DNA of 53,282 nucleotides, taken from Gemmatimonadota bacterium. GTDB taxonomy: Bacteria; Gemmatimonadota; Gemmatimonadetes; Gemmatimonadales; Gemmatimonadaceae. How positions within the stretch are numbered: the stretch's first letter is position 1; every line of letters starts with the position of its first letter. The notes below the pieces were generated by a model. The model saw nothing but the letters and a program-made list of their open reading frames with translations, ran no database searches and had not been told where the DNA came from. A program made the position numbers and the translations under genes. Where the stretch lies: assembly GCA_031372565.1 (NCBI GenBank), contig JANMLN010000166.1:1-53282 (forward strand). Reading direction: 5' to 3'. Shown here piece after piece: positions 29,747 to 36,663 of this stretch.

Positions 29747-30973
29747 TTGCGATCGAGTGACGACGCTGACGTGATCGTGGTCGGTGGTGGCCCGGCCGGT
29801 GCGTCGGTTGCCGCGTTTCTCGCACGTGAGGGGGTCGATGTGGTCCTGCTCGATCGGGCCCGCTTTCCGCGCGAGAAGCCGTGCGCCGAGTACCTGAGCC
29901 CCGAGGCCTCACGCGTCCTGTCGGTGCTCGGCGCGCTCGAGCAGGTGGAAGCCGCGGGTGCCGCCCAGTTGGACGGCATGCTCGTGCGCGCGCCCAGCGG
30001 CCGTTCGTTTCACGGTGCCTTCGCGGCCGCCCGTGGCTTTCGCGGCTTCCGGAGCCGTGGCCTCGCGCTGCGACGACTGCACCTAGATGACATCGTGCTG
30101 GGTGCGGCGCGGGCGGCGGGGGTGCGGGTCGTCGAGGGGGCGCGCGTGAGCGCGCTCGTGACCGTGCAGGGGCGCACGGTCGGCGTGATGAGCGAGGAAG
30201 GCGGACGGCGCGTGGTGCGGCGGGCCACGCTGGTCATCGGCGCGGACGGGCTGCGTTCGGTCGTCGCGCGACGGCTTGGCCTGGCCGCGCACGCGTTCTG
30301 GCCGCGCCGCGTGGCCTTCGTCGCGCACTATCGCGGCGTGCGCGGCATGGGGCGCGCCGGCGAGATGCACGTGCACGCCGACGGCTACGTCGGGCTGGCG
30401 GACGTGGGCCACGGCGAAACCAACGTCGCCGTCGTGGTGCCGGCATCGCTGGCGCGCGCCGCCAAGGGGGACGCCGAGGGGTTCTTCGGGCGATGGCTCG
30501 CGGCGCGGCCACAGTTGACCGCGCGGCTCGCGGACGCCGAGCGCGTCAACGACGTGCGTGTGACCGGGCCCTTTGCCAGCCGAGCGCGGCGCGCGTGGTC
30601 GAGCGGTGCCGCGCTCGTCGGCGATGCCGCCGATTTCTTCGACCCGTTCACCGGCGAGGGGATCTACGCCGCGCTGCGGGGTGGCGAGCTGCTCGCGCCA
30701 TTTGCCGCCGAGGCGGTGCGCACCTCCGGTCGGGCACAGGACCGCGTGCTCGCGGGTTATGACGAGGCGCGGAAACGTGAGTTCGCGGGCAAGTGGCGCG
30801 TCGAGCGGATCATTGGAGCGGCGGTCGGTGTGCCGACGCTCATGAACCACGCGGCCCGTGTGCTTGGACGCGAACCTCACCTCGCCGACCTGCTCGTGGG
30901 GATCGCGGGCGACGTGGTGCCCGCCAATTCCCTCTTCGCCCCGCGCGTTCTCGCCCACTTCCTTCGGCCATGA
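29747..30973 (+). CDS. geranylgeranyl-reductase/FixC-family FAD-dependent oxidoreductase
   Basis: DVIVVGGGPAG, FPREKPCAEYLSP, IGADGLRS, VGDAADFFDPFTGEGI; start uncertain (29684-29771). Confidence 0.88.
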   Translation: MRSSDDADVIVVGGGPAGASVAAFLAREGVDVVLLDRARFPREKPCAEYLSPEASRVLSVLGALEQVEAAGAAQLDGMLVRAPSGRSFHGAFAAARGFRGFRSRGLALRRLHLDDIVLGAARAAGVRVVEGARVSALVTVQGRTVGVMSEEGGRRVVRRATLVIGADGLRSVVARRLGLAAHAFWPRRVAFVAHYRGVRGMGRAGEMHVHADGYVGLADVGHGETNVAVVVPASLARAAKGDAEGFFGRWLAARPQLTARLADAERVNDVRVTGPFASRARRAWSSGAALVGDAADFFDPFTGEGIYAALRGGELLAPFAAEAVRTSGRAQDRVLAGYDEARKREFAGKWRVERIIGAAVGVPTLMNHAARVLGREPHLADLLVGIAGDVVPANSLFAPRVLAHFLRP

Positions 30974-31446
30974 GCATCGATACGGACGACTTCCGCGCCC
31001 TCCTCGGGCGCTTCGCTTCCGGCGTGACGGTGGTCACCACCGTCGACGCCGAGGGACACGACTACGGCATGACGGTCAGCGCGTTCTCGTCGGTGTCGCT
31101 CGACCCACCGCTCGTGCTCACGTGCATCGCGAAGGATGCGTCGGTGTACGCCGCATTCGAGCGCGCCCCGTCCTTCGTGATCAACATTCTCGCGGATGGG
31201 CAGGAGGCGCTGTCGCGCCGGTTCGCCGGCCCCATCTGGGATCGCTTTGCCGGTATCGGGTACACGCGCTCCGAGAACGGCGCGGCGATCCTGTCCGACG
31301 TGCTGGCCTGGATCGAGGGGCGCGTCGTCGCGCGGCACGATGCCGGTGATCACCTGATCCTGGTGGCACAGGTCGAACGCGGTGCGGTCGAGGAGCATCG
31401 TCCGCTGCTGTACTACCGTGGGGGCTATGCCCAGCTTGAGCGCTGA
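30970..31446 (+). CDS. flavin reductase (DIM6/NTAB family)
   Basis: FRALLGRFASGVTVVT, GMTVSAFSSVSLDPPL, AGDH, PLLYYRG. Confidence 0.93.
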   Translation: MSIDTDDFRALLGRFASGVTVVTTVDAEGHDYGMTVSAFSSVSLDPPLVLTCIAKDASVYAAFERAPSFVINILADGQEALSRRFAGPIWDRFAGIGYTRSENGAAILSDVLAWIEGRVVARHDAGDHLILVAQVERGAVEEHRPLLYYRGGYAQLER

Positions 31447-32161
31447 CGCGCGCGCGGGCTTTCTCGTCCCCACGCGTCGGCGCGGCATCGAGCACCTCGA
31501 CGATCCGCGCTCGGCGTCAGCATCCGATGTGCTCGCCGAGCTGACCGACGTGTCGCGTGCGAATGCGCTGTTTGGTGGCACGCGCGCCGTGGTGCGCGAG
31601 GTGCTGGAGGCGTGCGCCAGCAGCACGCGGGTGCGCACACTGCTCGACGTTGGTACGGGGATCGGCGATATCCCGCGCGCCGCGCGAACGGCGGCCGCCT
31701 CCCGTGGCATATCATTGAGCGTGATGGGGCTCGAACTCTCGGAGCCTGCGGCACGCGCGGCGCATGCCGCATCCGGTGCGGCGATCGTGGCCGATGCGTT
31801 CCGGTTGCCGTTCGCCGATCGCAGCGTGGACATCGTCACCTGCTCGCAGGTCCTGCATCACTTCGACGCCACCGACGGAGCGCGACTGATCCGCGAACTG
31901 GATCGCGTGGCGCGCGTTCGCGTGATCGTGAGCGAGCTCCGTCGGTCGTGGGCCGCGGCGGCTGGCGTCTGGATGGCTTCGTTCCCGCTCGGGTTCCATC
32001 CGAACAGCCGGCACGACGGCGTGCTCTCGGTACTGCGCGGCTTCACCGCCGCCGAACTCGCCTCGCTCATTGGTCTCGCCGTGTCGCGACCGGCCGTGTC
32101 GCGCCGACGCGCCGGCTTCCGCGTGACCGCCCACTGGACCCCTTCGGGAGCATTCGCATGA
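31427..32161 (+). CDS. class I SAM-dependent methyltransferase
   Basis: EHLDDP, ANALFGG, LLDVGTGIGD, ADAFRLPF, SQVLHHF, RHDGVLSVLRGFT. Confidence 0.88.
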   Translation: MPSLSADARAGFLVPTRRRGIEHLDDPRSASASDVLAELTDVSRANALFGGTRAVVREVLEACASSTRVRTLLDVGTGIGDIPRAARTAAASRGISLSVMGLELSEPAARAAHAASGAAIVADAFRLPFADRSVDIVTCSQVLHHFDATDGARLIRELDRVARVRVIVSELRRSWAAAAGVWMASFPLGFHPNSRHDGVLSVLRGFTAAELASLIGLAVSRPAVSRRRAGFRVTAHWTPSGAFA

Positions 32162-32706
32162 CGGCACCGCCGCCAGAACGCGCCTTGCGCGCGCCCTACA
32201 AGCTCGGGCCCATGCCCCTGCGTCGCGCGATGTATACCCTCGACGAAGGGGTGTGCCGGACCGACGTCGAGACCATCTTCCGCCTCGTTGCCGACGTGGA
32301 GCAGTGGCCGCAACACCTGGCCCACTACCGCTGGGTGACGATGGTCGAGCGCACGCGCGACGGCGGCGGCATTGTCGAGATGGCGGCGAACCGCCCCTTC
32401 GGCCCCATCAACTGGCCGACCTGGTGGAAGTCGTACATGACGGTCGATCATGACGCGCCGGAAGTGCGCTTTCGCCACATCGGCGGCATCACGACGGCCA
32501 TGGACGTGTCGTGGAGCTTCAAGCGGGTCCCCGAGGGCACGCACGTGACCTTGCTGCACGTGTGGGACGGCCCGGACTGGCCGATCATCCGGACGGTCGC
32601 GGCCGTGGCCGTCATCGGCCCCGTCTTCGTCCATGGCATTGCCTCGCGCACGATGGCGGGCCTCATCGCGGCGGCTGAGCGCGGCGTCACATCGGAGCAG
32701 ACGTGA
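32158..32706 (+). CDS. SRPBCC/START-fold polyketide cyclase/aromatase-like protein
   Basis: IFRLVADVEQWPQHL, MDVSWSF, GTHVTLLH. Confidence 0.8.
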   Translation: MTAPPPERALRAPYKLGPMPLRRAMYTLDEGVCRTDVETIFRLVADVEQWPQHLAHYRWVTMVERTRDGGGIVEMAANRPFGPINWPTWWKSYMTVDHDAPEVRFRHIGGITTAMDVSWSFKRVPEGTHVTLLHVWDGPDWPIIRTVAAVAVIGPVFVHGIASRTMAGLIAAAERGVTSEQT

Positions 32707-33947
32707 GCGAACGTCGGCGCGTCGTCATTACCGGCATCGGGGCCATCACCCCGATCGGCACGGGCAAGGAAGGACTCTGGCGCGGCCTGCAGGCACGGCA
32801 ATCTGCCGTGCGCACGCTCACGCGCTTCGATCCGTCGATCTTCCGCTCGCACAATGCCGCACAGGTCGATGACTTCAGCGCCGCCGACCATCTCGAGACC
32901 AAGCGGGCCAAGCGGCTGGACCGGTTCGGGCAGCTGTCCGTTGTCGCGTCGCGCCTCGCGGTGGAAGACTCCGGACTCGACTTCGCCAAGGAGGACGGTG
33001 ACCGGATCGGCGCCTACATGGGTACCGCGCTTGGCGGCGTCGGCTACGCCGAGGAGCAGCTGGGCGTGTTCCTCAAGGACGGCCTGCGCGCGGTCGACGC
33101 GACGCTGGCACTGGCCGTGTTCGGCGGGGCCTCGAGTTGCAACATCGCGATCGAGTTCGGCGTGCGGGGACCGAATGCCACCAACGCGATGAGCTGCGCC
33201 TCGGGTGCGATTGCCATCGGCGAAGCGTTTCGGCAGGTGCGCGACGGCTACGCCGACGTGATGATCGCCGGAGGCGCCGAGGCACCGCTGGCCCCGCTCT
33301 GCTTCGGCGCGTTCGCGCTCATTCGTGCCATGAGCACGCGGAACGACGACCCGGCGCGCGCCTCGCGGCCGTTCGACAAGGATCGCGACGGCTTTGTCAT
33401 GGGCGAAGGAGCCGCGGTGCTGATTCTCGAATCGCTCGACCGCGCACAGGCGCGCGGCGCGCGGATCTACGCCGAGATCGCGGGCTACGGGACCACGAAC
33501 GATGCGTACCACATGACCGCCCCCCGTCCCGACGGTGCGCAGGCAGCACGCAGTATCCGACTCGCGCTCGATGACGCACACATTGGCGCGCACGAGATCG
33601 GGTATGTGAACGCGCATGGCAGCGCCACACCGCTCAACGACCCGACCGAGACGCTGGCCATCAAGCAGGTCCTGGGCGAGCACGCGCACCGGATTCCGGT
33701 GAGTGGCACCAAGGGGTACTACGGCCACGCGCTCGGCGCCTCCGGCGCGATCGAGGCCGCCATCAGCGCGCTGGCCATCGACCGGCAGTGGCTCCCGCCC
33801 ACGGTGAATCATGAGGCGGCCGCGCCGGACTGCGACCTCGACTATCTGACCGGCGAGGGGCGCAGTGCACGCGTCGAGCACGTGCTCTCCAATTCGTTCG
33901 GCTTCGGCGGGATCAACGCCGCACTGGTGTTCCGGCGCGTGGTGTAG
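32703..33947 (+). CDS. beta-ketoacyl-ACP synthase II-like ketosynthase (FabF/KS-alpha family)
   Basis: RRVVITGIG; intact Cys-His-His set (MSCASG, NAHGSAT, KGYYGHALGA); SRPFDKDRDGFVMGEG; SNSFGFGG. Confidence 0.93.
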   Translation: MSERRRVVITGIGAITPIGTGKEGLWRGLQARQSAVRTLTRFDPSIFRSHNAAQVDDFSAADHLETKRAKRLDRFGQLSVVASRLAVEDSGLDFAKEDGDRIGAYMGTALGGVGYAEEQLGVFLKDGLRAVDATLALAVFGGASSCNIAIEFGVRGPNATNAMSCASGAIAIGEAFRQVRDGYADVMIAGGAEAPLAPLCFGAFALIRAMSTRNDDPARASRPFDKDRDGFVMGEGAAVLILESLDRAQARGARIYAEIAGYGTTNDAYHMTAPRPDGAQAARSIRLALDDAHIGAHEIGYVNAHGSATPLNDPTETLAIKQVLGEHAHRIPVSGTKGYYGHALGASGAIEAAISALAIDRQWLPPTVNHEAAAPDCDLDYLTGEGRSARVEHVLSNSFGFGGINAALVFRRVV

Positions 33948-33960
33948 GCACACCACGCAC

Positions 33961-33998
33961 TGCGGGGCGGTACCGGAGGTCGCCGGCACCGCCCCGCA
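33961..33998. terminator. hairpin between convergent genes
   Basis: tgcggggcggt...accgccccgca inverted repeat. Confidence 0.65.
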
Positions 33999-34016
33999 GA
34001 TCGTTCACCGCCCGGG

Positions 34017-34427
34017 CTACGGCTTGGCGCGCTTCTGCATGCGCTCGCCGCGCGCTTCGCGCTGGTCACCGCGCTTCTGCATGCGCTCGCCCTGATTCTC
34101 CTTGCGCTCGCCGCGATTCTCGAGTCGCTCACCGCGCTCCTGCATGCGCTCGCCGGCGCGCTCCATCTTCTCGTTGCCCTTGGCTTCGCCCTTCTGCTCC
34201 AGCGCCTCACCGCGCTTCTGCATGCGCTCGCCGCGGGCGTCCTGCGCCTCCCCACGATTCTCGCGACGTTCGCCGCGGTTCTCGAGACGTTCGCCACTGC
34301 GCTCGACGCCCTTGCCGCGGGCGCCGAGGCCAGGACGGGCCGCACGGGCACTCGAATCCTGCGCGTAGAGCGGCATGGACGCCGCGAAGAGCGCGGCGAG
34401 GGCGATCGGGGTCAGGATGCGTCGCAT
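34017..34427 (-). CDS. secreted low-complexity heptad-repeat protein
   Basis: RBS AGGAG, signal peptide MRRILTPIALAALFAASMPLYA, then repeated GERxxxR units. Confidence 0.8.
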   Translation of the reverse strand: MRRILTPIALAALFAASMPLYAQDSSARAARPGLGARGKGVERSGERLENRGERRENRGEAQDARGERMQKRGEALEQKGEAKGNEKMERAGERMQERGERLENRGERKENQGERMQKRGDQREARGERMQKRAKP

Positions 34428-34592
34428 GGTATCTCCTGGCGGGAACGGTCCGCCGATGAACTCGAGAAGGTGTCGGCGCGCCACTCGGCGCGTCCGTCGG
34501 TCGTGTGCGCAGGTAGACTGTGCCTGGGGCCGAGACGTTAAAGGCGTGCGCCCGGTCACCAGCGGCTTCGTGACGTGCACCACGTGAATCGC

Positions 34593-34621
34593 TTGCCGCC
34601 CACTGGGGGCGCCTCTACCTT
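34593..34621 (+). promoter_or_regulatory. putative sigma70 promoter of the aquaporin operon
   Basis: TTGCCG-N17-TACCTT about 33 nt upstream of the ATG. Confidence 0.45.
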
Positions 34622-34654
34622 GCCCGCCAGATCATCTCCCAGACCATCTCCATC

Positions 34655-35341
34655 ATGCGCAACGTCCTTCGCATCTTTGCAGCCGAGTTCGTGGGCACCT
34701 TCGCCTTCACCTTCATCGGTGGCGCGTCCATCATGGCCACGCGCGGTGCCGAGGCCGGTGCGGGCCTGCTGATCGCTGCGCTGGCGCACGGGTTGATTTT
34801 CGCGCTGATGGTGAGCGCGCTCATGACGGTGTCGGCCGCCTTCAATCCGGCCACGTCGTTCGCCCTCGTGATCACGCGCCACATCAGTCCGGTGATCTTC
34901 GTGGTGCACCTCGTGGCGCAACTCCTGGGCGCCGTACTCGCTGCGCAGGCGTTGCTGGGGAACCTCCCGCCCGAGGCCGTGGGCGGCACGCGCATCGGCG
35001 GACAACAGGTGTCCACGCTGGTGACGACGGGGCAGGCGCTCTTCCTCGAGGGCATCGCGACCTTCTTTCTCGTACTCGTGATCTTTGGCACGTCGGTGGA
35101 CCCGAAGGGCGCGAAGCTTGGCGGCATGGCGATCGGACTCACGATCACCGCCGACATGCTCGCGATTGGCGCGCTCACGGGGGCGTCCATGAACCCGGCG
35201 CGGTCGTTCGGGCCTGCCTTCGTCTCGGGCATCTGGGAAGGACACGCGATCTACTGGATCGGCCCCATGGTGGGCGCCGCCATCGCGGGTCTGCTCTATC
35301 AGTTTCTCTTCCTGCGCGGCGACGACGCCGCCACCACCTGA
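34655..35341 (+). CDS. MIP family aquaporin
   Basis: AEFVGTF, two NPA motifs (FNPAT, MNPARSFGP), YWIGP. Confidence 0.93.
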   Translation: MRNVLRIFAAEFVGTFAFTFIGGASIMATRGAEAGAGLLIAALAHGLIFALMVSALMTVSAAFNPATSFALVITRHISPVIFVVHLVAQLLGAVLAAQALLGNLPPEAVGGTRIGGQQVSTLVTTGQALFLEGIATFFLVLVIFGTSVDPKGAKLGGMAIGLTITADMLAIGALTGASMNPARSFGPAFVSGIWEGHAIYWIGPMVGAAIAGLLYQFLFLRGDDAATT

Positions 35342-35349
35342 GGCCGTCG

Positions 35350-36663
35350 ATGCCACGCTCGCTTCGCAAGTTTGCGGTAGGGCTCTGCTCCGCGCTCGTC
35401 GTCCTTGCCGCGCGGCCAGTCGCCGCGCAGGAGCTGCGATCGCGCATCGACGCGGCCGTCGCACAAGCGAGCGACAAGATCATCGTGCTGCGCCAGCAGC
35501 TGCACCAGAATCCGGAGCTCGGCAACCGCGAGTTCGAGACGGGCAAGGTGGTCGCCGCACACCTCAAGGGACTCGGCCTCGAGGTGCGAACCGGCGTGGC
35601 CAAGACGGGCATCGTGGCGGTCCTCAAGGGAGGGCGTCCCGGTCCCGTCATCGCGATTCGCTCCGACATGGACGCGCTGCCTGTGACCGAAGCGTCGGGC
35701 TATCCGACGCCGAGCACCAAGCGCACGACGTACCTCGGCAAGGATGTCGGCGTGGCCCATGCCTGCGGGCACGACATTCACATGGCGGTCGTGCTCGGCG
35801 TCGCCTCGGTCCTCGCGCCGCTCAAGGCACAGCTCCCCGGCACGATCGTCTTCCTGTTCCAGCCGTCCGAGGAGGGACCGCCTGCGGGGGAGGAGGGAGG
35901 CGCCGAGTTGATGCTCAAGGAAGGGGTGTTCGCCGAGTTCAAGCCGACGGCCGTGTTCGGCCTGCACACGAGCCCCGACCTGCCCGTGGGCCAGGTGGGC
36001 TACGCCCCCGGCCCCTTCTTTGCCGAATCCGACCAGATCAGCATCACCGTCACCGGCAAGCAGGCGCACGGCGCGGCACCGCACGAGAGCGTCGACCCGA
36101 TCGTGATTGCGTCACAGATCGTGCTGGCGCTGCAGACCATCCGATCGCGGAACGTGCCGCCGCTCGCGGCGAGCGTGGTGACGATCGGCATCATCCAGGG
36201 CGGGGAGCGTGGCAACATCATCCCGGGCAAGGTCGAGATGGTCGGCACCGTGCGCACGTACAGCACGGACGTGCGCAAGTTGATCCAGCGACGCATCACC
36301 GAGATCGCCGAGCTCACGGCACGGGCGGGCGGTGGGAGCGCGGTGGTCAAGTATGAGCTCGGGCCCTCGCCCGTCATCAACGACACGGCGCTCACGCGTC
36401 GCATGGCCCCCACGCTCGAGCGCGTGCTCGGCAAGGGGAACGCGAAGATTGTCGATCCCACGATGGGCGCCGAGGATTTCGCACTCTTCGCCAATGCAAC
36501 GCCCGGCCTGTTCGTGCGCCTCGGCACCACGAGGCCCGGCGGGACGTCGGGGCTGTGGCACACGCCGGACTTTCTCGCGGATGACCAGAGCGTGCCGATG
36601 GGGATGAAGGTGATGGCGAACTTGCTCGTCGACTACCTCTCGCCCAAGGGCGTCACGCCGTGA
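35350..36663 (+). CDS. secreted M20D amidohydrolase
   Basis: Signal peptide; LHQNPELGNRE, RSDMDALP, HACGHD, FQPSEE, GLH, GAEDF. Confidence 0.92.
   Translation: MPRSLRKFAVGLCSALVVLAARPVAAQELRSRIDAAVAQASDKIIVLRQQLHQNPELGNREFETGKVVAAHLKGLGLEVRTGVAKTGIVAVLKGGRPGPVIAIRSDMDALPVTEASGYPTPSTKRTTYLGKDVGVAHACGHDIHMAVVLGVASVLAPLKAQLPGTIVFLFQPSEEGPPAGEEGGAELMLKEGVFAEFKPTAVFGLHTSPDLPVGQVGYAPGPFFAESDQISITVTGKQAHGAAPHESVDPIVIASQIVLALQTIRSRNVPPLAASVVTIGIIQGGERGNIIPGKVEMVGTVRTYSTDVRKLIQRRITEIAELTARAGGGSAVVKYELGPSPVINDTALTRRMAPTLERVLGKGNAKIVDPTMGAEDFALFANATPGLFVRLGTTRPGGTSGLWHTPDFLADDQSVPMGMKVMANLLVDYLSPKGVTP

Noticed and set aside
29747..31446. Flavin-dependent halogenase plus flavin reductase pair
   Set aside because: The flavoprotein lacks the WxWxIP halogenase motif and has GGR-type KPC and DPFTGEGI motifs.
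32703..33947. Assigning the symbol fabF
   Set aside because: The context (cyclase and methyltransferase, no acpP/fabG) argues against confidently calling it the housekeeping enzyme.
34020..34300. 21-nt periodic DNA repeats as a non-coding array
   Set aside because: Fully explained by the heptad-repeat protein on the minus strand.
34655..35341. Aquaporin as part of the arsenic system (AqpS/GlpF-like)
   Set aside because: It lies 27 kb from the ars genes, has no ArsR-type operator, and the second motif is NPARS rather than the glyceroporin NPARD.
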